Below, piece by piece: positions 51,737-64,000 of a stretch of DNA of 64,000 nt (the stretch's first letter is position 1; each line of letters starts with the position of its first letter). The stretch comes from Octopus sinensis. Taxonomy: Eukaryota. The notes below the pieces were generated by a model. The model did not search any database. It had not been told where the DNA came from and saw nothing but the letters and a program-made list of their open reading frames with translations. The position numbers and the translations under genes are program-made. The stretch lies in contig NC_042998.1 in NCBI RefSeq assembly GCF_006345805.1, positions 86,056,001 to 86,120,000 on the forward strand. The letters run 5' to 3'.

Positions 51737-52469
51737 GTAAGAATATATACTTCTAATACTTAACTTTTTAAGAGTGGCCTGTTGTCATCATCATCTTCAT
51801 TGTCATCATCATCATAATCATTGTCACCACCACCACCACCTTCCTCCTCCTCCTTCTCATCATCATCATCATCATTAACATCTGTTGACCATGCTGGCAT
51901 TCATATGATGGTTTGACCAGTGCTGGTAAGCTGAGGTACTGCACTAGACTCAAGTCTGATTTGGCATGGTTTCTGTGACTGGATGCCCTTCCTAAAGCCA
52001 ACCACTCTGAGAGTGTAATGGGTGCATTTATGTGTCACCAGCATGGGTGCCAGTTGCATGACACCATATCTGTCATGACTAAGATTCCACAGGACTTGAT
52101 GGTTCATCTTCTCAAGCATATTGCCAAAAGTCTTGCTCATTTGTCATTGCCTCCATGAGGCCCAACACTCAAAAGGTGCTTTTTACTTATCACATGCACA
52201 GGTACCAGTTACGTGACATCAGCATCAAACACATGATTTCACTTGGCCTGATGGGTTTTCTCAAGCACAGCATATCACCAAATGTCTTGGTGATTAGCCA
52301 TTGCTTCCATGAAGCCCAGTGTTTGAAAATCATGCTTCACCACCTCGTTCCATGTCTTCCTGGGCCTACCTCTTCCACAGTTTCCCCCCACAGTTAGAGG
52401 TCAGCACTTCTTTACACAACTGTCCTCGTCCATACACATCTTAAATTTTTGTTAATACTTGGAGGTCTA

Positions 52470-53738
52470 CGAGGGGCGTTCAATAAGTAATGCCCCTGAC
52501 CCACTTCCCATAGCAGTAGAGCAACGACACTTGGCACAGTTATTAGTCTTTTCCTACATAGGAACTACCCAGAGTTATGCATTTCTCCCATCGTTTGATA
52601 CAGCTCTGGAGACCGTTTTTGTAGAAGACCCCAGCTTGGTCCTCCAACCACGACGTGACTTCAGAAATCAAGTCTGCATCATCTGGGAAATGCTTTCCTT
52701 TCAAAATCAACTTCATGGCTGGGAAGAGGTGAAAATCAGAGGGTGCAAGGGGAGGAGTTCATAGCTGCATGCCTGTGCTTCTGATCTGGCGACACGCGAG
52801 TTGTGGACCGGAGCGTTGTCCTGCAGGAGGAGGATGCCTTTGCTGATCTTGCCCCGCCTCATGATTTTGATAGCTTCTCTTAATTTCCTCAAAAGTGAAG
52901 AATAATAGGCTCCTGTAATTGTGGTACCCTTTGCCAGGAAATCTGTCATCACTACTCCGTCCTGGTCCCAGAAGACTGTGAGCATAACCTTGCCAGCGGA
53001 GGGCTGCACCCTTGCCTTCTTTGGAGGAGGTGAGTCACGGTGCTTTCACTGCATTAACTGGGCTTTGGTCTATGGATCATAGTGATGGACCCAGGTTTTA
53101 TCCTGTGTGATCAGTCTTTTGAAAATTTTGACTCATCTTCTTGGCACATCTCCAAATTCATCCTCGAGCACTCAATGCGTTCTTGCTTCTGGAAAGGTGT
53201 GAGCAACCTGGAAATCCATCTGGCAGACACCTTTTGCATATGCAAATGGTCATGAATGATAGTTTCCACAGACCCAGTACTAATCTTGACCTTATGGGCT
53301 ATTTGGCGAATAGTTATGTGTTGACCTTCCAAAATGGCAGCCTCAACTTGACGGACAGACGTCTCATCAACGGCAGAAGGGGGCGACCAGATCTGGGAGC
53401 TGTTTCCACAGAGTTCCGACTATGTTTGAATTCACAATGCCAGCGTTTTACAAGTTCATATGATGAGGCATCATCACCATAAGTTACTTTCATTTCATCA
53501 AAAGTCTCCCGTGGTGTGCATCCTTTCAAATACAAAAACCAGATCACTGCTCGACACTCAACAGGCTCCATTTCACACTTGACTCAGTTCAAACACCTGT
53601 AAATCAGAAACCACAATAAGTTCAGAGCTGTAATTCGCCACTTAATCTATAGCAGTATAAATAAGTGCACATGCAAAATTTCAGCTAGATCAAACAACTG
53701 CAAGTGGGTGGGGAGCATTACTTATTGAACGCCCCTCG
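52470..53738 (-). mobile_element. Near full-length mariner transposon (1269 bp) with frameshifted transposase; copy B only
   Basis: Perfect 24-bp TIR cgaggggcgttcaataagtaatgc with TA on both sides. ORF pieces read MEPVECRAVIWFLYLKG, SARWISRLL, KVMLTVFWD and LLQDNAPVH. Confidence 0.92.
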
Positions 53739-56700
53739 TATGATGAACAAGAGGGGGCTGAGGACTGATCCTTGGTGAACCCCTACTTGTACTCTGAATT
53801 CATTGCTATACTTGTTGCCAAACTTCATCTTACTGGCAGCATTCCTGTACATAGCTTGTACAGCTCTCATAAACCACTAATCTACCCTTAGATAAGGAAG
53901 CAGGAGACTCTGTCAAAGGTACAGATGTTTATTTTTGGCTAGATATTTCTGCAGTTGCCTAACCAGGAATATAGCATCAGTCATACCCCTGCCTAGCACA
54001 AATCTGAACTATATCTCATCTACACTGACTCAATCCCTAATCAATTGATCTATTACCCCTTCTGTGACTTCAATCACCTGGGCCAGTAGTTTAATGCCTT
54101 TGTAATTATTCCTGTCCAAGGTGTCACCTTTGCATTTGTAGCAGTTGACTATAATGCTGTTACAATTGATGGGTATGACTCCCTTGTAGACAACCCGGTT
54201 AACACATAAAAAGAAAGCTGAATTCCTTATATTCAATTTCAAATGTATGATCAGAAAGTAATGGGAGAATATATGGTCGTAACTTCATTGAAATTGAAGG
54301 GAACTCAACTGAGAAAAAATAAGTCTAGTTTTTCTGGTCTCATATTCTCTCCTTTAAGATTTAAAAACCTTAAGTTACTTGAAAACAACTCTAAATGTAC
54401 CAGCAGAAAATCCACCCAGTGAGCAGTTTCCTGCTAGTCATTATGATAATGATATGCATTTCGTTTGTGTGTTTATTAATTCTTATTTATTTTTCCATGC
54501 TGCCATGGGTAAGGTGAACAAGTTATTGAAGCATTAATTTTTAGCTGGATGTTTTACCTGATACTAATCCTTACATGTTTTTCAAGGAATCTCATATGTC
54601 ACATGGCTTTGAAGACATGAAGCTAGCAGAGAAATGCCAACAAAAATACAGCTTGGATGTTGTGACTTTCGATTAAGCAAGTGCAGATGTAAATAAACTG
54701 AGACACACACACCCCTGCATGTATGTGTGCATGTACACACAGGCACAGGCACATGACTAGCTTCTTTCAGTTTCTGTCCACTGAATCCACTCCCAAAATT
54801 TTGATTGGCTCAGAGTTAGCCTGCAAAACTTCGTTCAGCTCCATTTCTTCCCTCACTAAATATAAAACTTCAATTATCCGCACTAAGGCACGGTTGCGAT
54901 ACCCCATGGTCGTAACCTCAACCGTGATTTTTCAGTTGTGATTTTTGCTACCCAGGTATCGGTTATAATTTGAATAATCCGTAACAAGATAATTCATTTA
55001 TCCATTTCATTAAATAAATATATATATATATATATATATATATCATCATCATCATCATCGTTTAACGTCTGCTTTCCATGCTAGCATAGGTTGGACGATT
55101 TGACTGAGGTCTGGTGAACCAGATGGCTGCACCAGGATGCAATCTGATCTGGCAGAGATTCTACAGCTGGATGCCCTTCCTAATGCCAACCACTCCAAGT
55201 GTATAATGGGTGCTTTTACGTGCAACCGGCATGAGGGCCAGTCAGGCAGTACTGGCAATGGCCATATTCAGATGGTGCTTTTTATGTGCCACCTGAACAG
55301 GAGCCAGTCCAGTGGCACTGGCAACAACCTTGCTTGAATGTTTTTTCATGTGCCTCCAGCACAAGTGCCAGTAAGGCGATGCAGGTAACGATCATATATA
55401 TATATATGTATATTATATCATCATCATCATCATTTTGCATCCATTTTCTATGCTGGCATGGGTTCGACAGTTTGGCATGTAGCTGGCCAGCTGGGAGCTG
55501 TCCAGACTCCAATTGTCTGTTGCGGCATGGTTTCTATGGCTCGCCTTTCCTTATGCCAACCACTTAACAGAGTGTGCTGGATGTGCATTTTACATGTTAC
55601 CAGCATAAGTGCATTTACACAGCACCAGCACAGGTACTTTTTTATGCGGCCCCTACTATTACCCTGGAGGTGTCTGAAGCTTCTATGTGTGGAAGACAGC
55701 ATTTTACTTAACTTGACATGTCTTATCAAGAATAGCAAATTGCTACATCTCTTTTGTCATTGCCTCAGTGAGGCCCATCTTCCAAAGATCTTTTCTCACC
55801 ACTTTGTCCCACGTCTTCTTGGATCTACCCCTCCTGCAGGTACCCTTCACAATTAGAGCTTAGCACTTCTTTACACTCTTGTCCTCATCCATACACATCA
55901 CTTGACCAAACCAGTGCAGCCTTCTCTCTTGCACACAGCATCCAATGCCTCTTATATCCAGTTTCCCTCTTGAATCATATACACTCTGTTGTGTATGCAC
56001 ACTGACATGACTCTTCCAGTGGGGAATGCTAGCTTCCTTTCTTTCAAGCTTTCGGAAGTCCTCTGTAGTCAAAGTACGTTTCACTGCCATGTAACATTGC
56101 TGTACATACACAGGCATCATACAATCTGCTTTTCACTCTGAGAGAGAGGCCCTTAGTTATCAACAAAGATAGAAGCTCTCTGAACTTTGCCCAGCCTATT
56201 CTTATTGTAGCAACTACACTTTCAGAATTTTCTCCACCACTGCTAAATTGGTCTCTTAGGTAAAAGAAGTTATCTACTACTTGTAATGAGTCCCCCGAGT
56301 GTTTGAGGGAATCTGTTGCCTGTAGATTATTAGCGCTTATTGTACCTGCACATCTGCCTCACACAAAGACTCTATTCTCCATTAACCTTCCTGTGATGCC
56401 ACTTCACTTACTTCTTATATGTTCAAAGCTTGCACTGGGTACAACACATGGAATTTATCCCAACACCCTTCTTACATAACAAGGAGAACCATCTCCCAGA
56501 TGGGACTTGTGAATTGTCTGTTGAGTCAAGTAAAACCAAAATTGTAGTTGTGGCCAGTGTCCTCTGACTGGTTCTGGTGCCAGAGGCAAATAAAAACCAC
56601 CATCCAAACTTGGATCCAAACATAATCAAAGCCAGCAACACCTGACTGGTCCCTGTGCCGGTGGCACGTAAAAAGCACCATCAGAATGTGGCTGATGCCA

Positions 56701-58246
56701 GAACCCTCTGACTGGCTCCCTTGCCAGTCACACGTAAAAAGTACCATCCAAATATGGCTGGTGCCAGTACCCCTGACTTGCTCCTTTGGCGGTGGCATGT
56801 AAAAAGCACTATCCTAATGTGATCAATGCCAGGACTGCCTGACTAGCCCCCATGTTGGTGGCACCTGAAAAGCACCATCCAAATGTGGCCAATGCCAGTA
56901 CCCCATGACTGGCCCCATGCTGGTGGTACATAAAAAGCACTATCCAAACATGATCAATGCCTGGCCTGCCTGACTAGCTCCTGTGTTGGTGGCATGTAAA
57001 AAGCACTCTCAGAGTGGTTGGTATTAGGAAGCGCATCCAGCTATAGAAACATTGCCAGATCAGATTGGAGCCTGGTGCTGGCTCTCTGGACCTCAGTCAA
57101 ACCATCCAACCTATGCCAGCATGGAAAATGGACTTTAAACGATGATGATGATCTGTTCTTCTCACTGTTGCTGTTGCTTTTGTTCAATGTCCTTTGTTTA
57201 CATCTTCCTGGAAAACTTTCTTTAAAATCTTATAACCAGCTTTGTTAGTAAACTTTTGGATTTTTAAAAAAATTTTTGTTCTGTTCTTGCTTTTTGAAGT
57301 TAGTTTTACTAAAACATTTTCCAGATTGATATTTGAGCACTATTTCTTAAACTTAAATGTAACATTGAAAAGTAGAGGTGGGGCATTGCCCTCCATTGCC
57401 CCTTTCTTTCCAGTGCCACCTTGGATCTTTCCACCCCACCGAGAGGAGTGGTATTGCCCATTTTGGAAACTACTGGTTTAACCAATACATTAAACAAATG
57501 ATCATTAGTTTGATAGATAGATATTTAAATAATTGACTAAGTATAAAGAAGTGGAATTGAACCTGAATGTATGTTGTTCTTATCAGCAGTTTGACTCTCC
57601 CAAGATAGAACTAAATATATATTGAGAAGTAATGTTTGTCACCACTTCAATATAGCTGTTCTGTATGAACTGACATTACTACCATTCTTTAACCCCCAAG
57701 AGGAAGTCTCCTCTAGTAATCTGCACCTAATATATTTTGCAAGCAAGGTTGTGAACCTCTACCATCTTTATGTGACTTGACAGGACCAGCAGACTGTCTG
57801 GTTTTGGGCTACTTTTGCCTATCCTCAGTGCTGGATACATGTCTCCTAGTGACAGCAGTAATTCACCCCAGTTTGCAACATATAGAAAAATAAGTGACAA
57901 TCAGTCACTGATCTTGCAACAAGCAAAGTAACTAGTTAGAAAATCTTTGCAAGAGATGAAATGAGTAACTATACTGAGAAGTAATGTTTGTTGCCACTGC
58001 AACATGGCTGTTCCAAATGAACTGGTGTTACCACCATTTTTAACCCCAAGAGGAAGCCCCCTTTGTGTAGAACAGCCATCTTGAAGTGGCAATAAACATT
58101 ACTTCTCAGTATAGTCACTACTTTCATCTCTTACAGAGATTTGCCAACTGGCTATTTTGCTTGTGAAAAATATATATTGTTATTCAAAATTAATTTGACT
58201 TATCCTTTATATTATTAACAGCAGTGATAAAATAAGTTCCGATAAT

Positions 58247-58577
58247 GTAATTTATAATGAGTTCATACAAATGATTACAAAACTGTTGAATGATTGCAAA
58301 ATTGTAATTTATAATGAGTTCATACAAATGATTGCAAAACTGTTGAATGATTGCAAAATTGTAATTTATAATGAGTTCATACAAATGATTGCAAAACTGT
58401 TGAATGATTGCAAAATTGTAATTTATAATGAGTTCATACAAATGATTGCAAAACTGTTGAATGATTGCAAAATTGTAATTTATAATGAGTTCATACAAAT
58501 GATTACAAAACTGTTGAATGATTGCAAAATTGTAATTTATAATGAGTTCATCCAAATGATTGCAAAACTGTTGAATT
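58247..58577. repeat. 57-bp minisatellite, 5 full units plus 1 partial; copy B only
   Basis: Units start at 58247, 58304, 58361, 58418, 58475 and 58532. Copy A has the sequence once (about 6215-6259). Confidence 0.95.
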
Positions 58578-58590
58578 ATCATATGCATGC

Positions 58591-59004
58591 ATATAGGTGC
58601 AGGAGTGGCTGTGTGGTAAGTAGCTTGCTAACCAACCACATGGTTCCGGGTTCAGTCCCACTGCATGGCATCTTGGGCAAGTGTCTTCTGCTATAGCCCT
58701 GGGCCGACCAATGCCTTGTGAGTGGATTTGGTAGACGGAAACTGAAAAAGCCTGTCGTATATATGTATATATATATGTGTGTATGTGTTTGTGTGTCTGT
58801 GTTTGTCCCCCTAGCATTGCTTGACAACCGATGCTGGTGTGTTTACGTCCCCGTCACTTAGCGGTTTGGCAAAAGAGACCGATAGAATAAGTACTGGGCT
58901 TACAAAGAATAAGTCCCGGGGTCGATTTGCTTGACTAAAGGCGGTGCTCCAGCATGGCCGCAGTCAAATGACTGAAACAAGTAAAAGAGTAAAAGAGTAA
59001 GAGT
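58591..59004 (+). mobile_element. tRNA-derived SINE inserted in copy B only
   Basis: tRNA-like head with A/B boxes (gtggctgtgtggtaag; ggttcagtccc), a central (TA/TG)n stretch, a (gtaaaaga)n tail and a short atgc target duplication. The empty site is seen at about 6262-6272. Confidence 0.9.
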
Positions 59005-59125
59005 ATGCTTTTTTGTGATGTAAAAATACTTATATTGAAGAGAAGCTTACACATCAACAAGATCAAATTCATGTTCTTGAAATTGCATGGAATTATAACA
59101 TTCGATATCTGTTTTTTAAATTCAG

Positions 59126-59224
59126 GATAACTCAGTAGGTAATATATGTTACTTAAAAATTCTTGACGAAAATGATAATGTTCCAGTTTTCGGAAGTCAT
59201 CGATATAAAGCAACAATACCAGAG
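59126..59224 (+). CDS. Cadherin module copy B exon (DNSVGNICYLKILDENDNVPVFGSHRYKATIPE)
   Basis: taaattcag acceptor and GAG|gtaaga donor. Paralog of 6390-6488. Confidence 0.93.
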
Positions 59225-62200
59225 GTAAGAATTTGACATTTTCTTTCAAAAGATTCTCTCTCGTTCTTTCTCCCTCTCTCTTGTTAATGCTTCATGGAAG
59301 TGAAGTATTGAACATGACTGCAGAAGGCATAAGAATACTTGAAAGAAATGAGATGCGCATGCATGCTCTACTGGATGTGTCAGATTAATGTACATGTATG
59401 ACAAAGTGCAAATGTGCTGAGAGAAAAATTGGGCAAAAGAGGTACCAGATGTGGTGTACAAAAGAGAAAACTGCTGATATGGTCTTGTGATGGGTATGGA
59501 TGAGCACAGCTGCATAAAGAAGTACAGACTGTTGAATGTGGATGGAACTTATGAAAGAAGACGATTCAGGAAAACATGAAATGAAGTAGTGAAGACCAGT
59601 GTCAGGTTGTTGAACCTTGCATAAAAGACTGAGCTGATTAGAGATTCAGTGTGCTAAAGAAGCCTCATCAATCTCATAAAAAATGAGGTCAAACAGTCAA
59701 ACTGTCTAACCCATGCTAGCATGAAAAGTGGACATTAAATGATGATGATGATGGTGATGATATATATATATATATAGCATCAGGTAACCATCTGAGTAAG
59801 GATTATGTTGAAATCATAAGATGCAGCATGATAGATGTGAACTATTTTGGTAGATGAACTTATTGAATCAATGATGAATATCACTGGATGGCGAGCAGAG
59901 GAATGCCCAACAAACTGACAGCCAGAATCAGTTTCCTTAGATTTTATTCTGAATACAGATTCTGCTTTGTTGACTGCTCCAGTGCACAGTCTGAATTGTT
60001 GATATGCCTGCATTTAATGTTCCTTTTTAATTTTGGACATCAACTAGACAATGGCAGCCTTTAATGAAGCTACATTATTATGAAGATGGATATTAGTGTC
60101 TCTTTCATCATCATTATCATCATCATCATGATCATCATCATCTTTCAGTGTCTGATTCCATACTGGCATGGATCGGATGATTTGACAAGAGTTGGCCTTG
60201 GCTCCATTTGTCTGTTCTGGCATGATTTCTATTTGGCCACTTTTATATGCTTCTATATGGCACCAGCACATAGGACTGGCACAGGCACTTCTACATACCA
60301 CTGGCACAAGTGCTTTTATATGACACTGGCAATGGTGCTTTTACATAACATTGGCATGGACACTTTTACATGGCACCACCAAAGGTACTTTTATGCGAAA
60401 CTAGCACCCACAAGTCTGCAAGACTAGGATTTCTTGGCTGAGAGAGAGATGCAGAAGATATGCCTATAGGCATGGACGGCCTTAGTTTTACTTAGCTTAG
60501 CATGTTTTCTCAAGCATAGAAAACCCTTAGAAGTCTTGGCCACCTGTCATCTCCTCTTTGAGGCCCAACATCTGAAGATTCTTTCTCACCACTTCACCCA
60601 TGTCTTCTTGGATCTGCCCCTTCCACATGTTCCCTCCATAATTAGAGATCTTCACTTCTTGATGCAGCTTTCCTCATCCATTGCTCCATGAGATTTAAAT
60701 CTGGCAAGTTTGGAGGCCACAAGTTTGGTGTTACATGATTGTAACGATTGACTGACATTCATTCTTGGGTTATATGAATTTGAAAGAAAGTGCTGAGTCT
60801 ATTGAAGTACATGTGGCTTTCTATTGCATACTTAATCCACCTAGGACTTAACAGATCTATCTCCAGCAGCTCAATGTATACTATAGTATTAACTCTAAAA
60901 TCCTGTCAAAAGATGTGAGGTGGAATGACATGGCATTCACCACTAAGCATTCCTAAATTCATCGCAATTGCTGGAAACTTGGTGTGCATCATTCAATGAA
61001 AACAGAAGGATCTGCACTTAACCATCAGGAATTGGAATTTTTCCTGTTAGACTTTTGGCTGTGGATGAAGATTTTTTCATCAGAGAAGAATCAAAGCATG
61101 CCATATTTGTAAGGGTTTTAACCTTGTTAAGTAACCACTTGGCAAGGATCAAAGGATTTTTCTGTGTCTTTGCAGACATCAATTGGCCTCTCCTCAGTAC
61201 TTGTATCAAATGTCCTCATGCACCAGTTTTGATAGTCTGTTCTGACACCTAAAGTTTTTTGGCTATAGCCCTCATAGATTTTGTGGAATCATCATCAATA
61301 ATGTTTTGAACCCATTGGATGAATTGCAGTGTCGTTATAGTGTAAAAATGTTTAGAATGCTTTTTTCTCTTTGATACGTTTGAAACATCCCTGCCAGAGT
61401 CTTCCATTTCTATTTGAACTTTACGTGCAAAGATCTTGCAACATGTAGAAAGCTGGTAATTTCTACATTGATGCATTCCACATATATCGCAGCAATAACT
61501 GCATATCTTTTCATTTTTTGTGTCAGCACTTTATCTACCATGGATAATAGGAAAGAAATAAAATTCTTTTAATTGATTTAAGAGAATAATAAACTGATAA
61601 TTATTTAGTGTCCTGAAATACTTCTCACACCCATTGTATATTAGATTGGTAAGGAAGCTCTGTTGCATTTCAAGATAGAAAAGTAAATAATTATTTGGTT
61701 TTAATTGATATTTTTTATCAAGATAGTATATTCTCTCATTCTTGATAACATAATTCCAATCATTTGGGTGAAAAATTTTTCAAGTTTCATTTTTAAGCTG
61801 ATCACAATTGTTAGATATTTATAGATTGTTTTCACTCTAATAAATGTTGCAATGGTCTGAAAAGATAATAGAGGGAACAAAATCGGTAGAGTAAGGATGG
61901 TGAGGTAAAACTTCCATATTTAAGGCAGTAATCCTTTCATGAATGACTTCAGTAGGATATGATTTTGTGTTATTATGTTGGAGCAACACCTCTGTACATT
62001 TGATTAATGAGGAATACCTTTGCTGCAATTTTTTTGTGTGCAATGCTTCCACCTGATAACAGTATTCCTCTGCATTTTACTTTAACACTTAATAGTATGA
62101 AACATCCTTTATACCCAACCAAACAGAGCACATTTTTAGCTGTTGTAAATGTTTGAGGATGGATTCTCTTTTTTCATTTTTGTTAAATATAATTATAGAA

Positions 62201-62988
62201 AACCAACTTTTCACCACCTGTGATGATTCTATCCAGGAAAGGTTTTGTAGGTAGTCTACTCTTCAATAATGAGCAGAAAACAACTTTATGATTAAGCTGA
62301 TAAGCAGTCAAGTGATGAGGCACCCATTAACCAAATTTAGATACTTTTCCTCGTTCATGCAAGTGTTTTGTGATCAAAATGTGACTTCACTTGAACTGTT
62401 TTGCCAATTTTCATGTAGTTTCCCTTGGGTTTTCCTCAACTATGGTTTCCAGAAGCTCAATATCGACAGAACATGGCCATGCAGATCAAGGAAATATGTG
62501 AAAGAAATATTTCCTGAGTAAAACTAGCCAAACCATCATTGGAATGTCCAGACACTTCAAGCTTTGTTTTCACAGACAGAATGAATATTTCTTGTTTCCA
62601 TTGCTTATTTTGAATTCATACAATATGCAGTGTCTGTTATGGGTCTGATCTAAACTAATTTTAAAAGGTAAAGTAAATCATACAAATTTAACCATTATAT
62701 TATAAAGTAATCTGTGAAGAATAAAGCATTAAAGTGTAAAACTTAATGTTTATTTGACAATAAGTATTGAAAAAGTACCCTGAAGTGATTGTGTTAAAAA
62801 TGTTACAGGACCTTCTTTCTGACCTAATGTTTATATATGTATTGCTTTCATAGCAAAGACATTTGTGGTAGGGGGGAATTGTTTTCTGAAATGTGTCATC
62901 TTTATCATAGAATGAATTAATATGAAAACTAGTGAAAAAAAAATATTTGCTGAAATATATTTTCTTAATATTTTGCTTTTTTTTGCAG

Positions 62989-63075
62989 GATTTTACAGTA
63001 AACAATACAATACCAAATTTGCAGATAACAGCTACTGATGCTGATCACAATCCCACTCTAAAATATTCTTTGATA
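62989..63075 (+). CDS. Cadherin module copy B exon (DFTVNNTIPNLQITATDADHNPTLKYSLI)
   Basis: ttttttttgcag acceptor and ATA|gtaagg donor. Paralog of 10252-10338. Confidence 0.93.
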
Positions 63076-64000
63076 GTAAGGATACTGGTTTATTTTTTGC
63101 TTTATACTCACAAGTCATTCAATGTATTTTAACATGAAAGTAGCTAAATTAAACCAACCTGTACTTTAGGCAGTTTCACTTTCCCAAGATGATTCTTAAT
63201 ACAATTTACTGAAACCAAATTCATAGGTTACTACTTTGATACACAGCCTTCATAACTGATGTAATCATAAGAATTGCTTCATGCTTGTGTTTAGTCTAAG
63301 TTGGTCGCAATGGTTTAAGTCTACTTAACAGTAGATAGTTACCATGGACATGGGGACGTGGGTTGCATTGTTTACTGATGTAAACTGATGATTTTGTTTG
63401 TTGTCTGCAGTTCTGAGTTAATTTCCTCTGGTTAGCAGGCAATTTTAAATACAGTGGAACTTAATCCTAAAAGAGATTTAGCTTTTACCTACATAATGTT
63501 ATAGAAACAACAATGGAACATTTGCTCTGTGGAGTCTTGAACTACAAAAATGAAGATGAATAATTTGCTCAGCCAAATTTTGATACACCTATCTCTGTCC
63601 CTCTATACTTTTAATCACTGAAATGGCACAAAACTGCACCCAGTCAATACTATTTCTCCCAGCATGGAAAACAGACTTTGAATAATGATGATGATGATGA
63701 TATCTATGTATATGGTTCATATATGTATGTGTGTGTCTACACACACATATAATTGTCTGTAAAGTCACAAGAGGGACTGAAGGATGACGAGTTTAGTGCA
63801 TGTCATATATCAGATTAACTTAAATATTATGAATCCACTCTTTATATAGGGATGAATCACAATTTCTTCTGGAATGATTGATCAAAAATTGTTTTAAGCT
63901 GGACATTTAGACACATGCACACACTTCTATCACTTTTTCTTGCCATTCCATATACCTCACTAATTTTCTTCTCTTACTAAAGCAGAAAAGTAATTTCCTT

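Larger units (their letters stand above)
49334..64000 (+). repeat. Tandem segmental duplication, visible part of copy B
   Basis: Matches 1-11237 with extra sequence at about 52304-55020, 58247-58577 and 58591-59004. It runs off the end of the window. Confidence 0.97.

Noticed and set aside
58596-58670. tRNA gene
   Set aside because: It is the tRNA-like head of a SINE: it continues into the SINE body and tail and is absent from the empty site in copy A.
58190-58696. Repeat-protein ORFs on both strands (YNFAIIQQFCNHLYELIIN)n
   Set aside because: A by-product of a 57-bp unit, a multiple of 3, that happens to lack stops. It is intronic and absent from copy A.

Overview
AT-rich, repeat-dense animal genomic DNA. 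The SINE/LINE families and (CAT)n/(TA)n microsatellites suggest a coleoid cephalopod, probably Octopus (inference). The window is almost all intron, but it carries 12 small + strand exons with AG/GT boundaries that I can join in frame into cadherin extracellular (EC) repeats (DENDNVP, DAD, LDYE, DVQDMPP, DQDRG and IDRE motifs). The exons form two tandem copies of one multi-exon module with a period of about 49.3 kb: 1-11237 reappears at 49334-64000. Copy A gives the second half of EC1, all of EC2 and the first third of EC3, then stops at a phase-1 donor (44869). Copy B starts again at the beginning of EC1 with a phase-1 acceptor (46482). Introns of the two copies differ by about 1-2% by eye, whereas the three exon pairs I can compare differ at 15 of 219 nt, 14 of them non-synonymous. 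This points to a diversifying tandem array of multi-exon cadherin N-terminal cassettes; an uncollapsed allelic duplication in the assembly must still be excluded. The introns hold RTE, R4/Dong-like, L1/Tx1-like and Penelope retroelements, mariner and DD37D transposons, MITEs, SINEs with internal VNTRs, a newly born 57-bp minisatellite and an element with interleaved inverted repeats.
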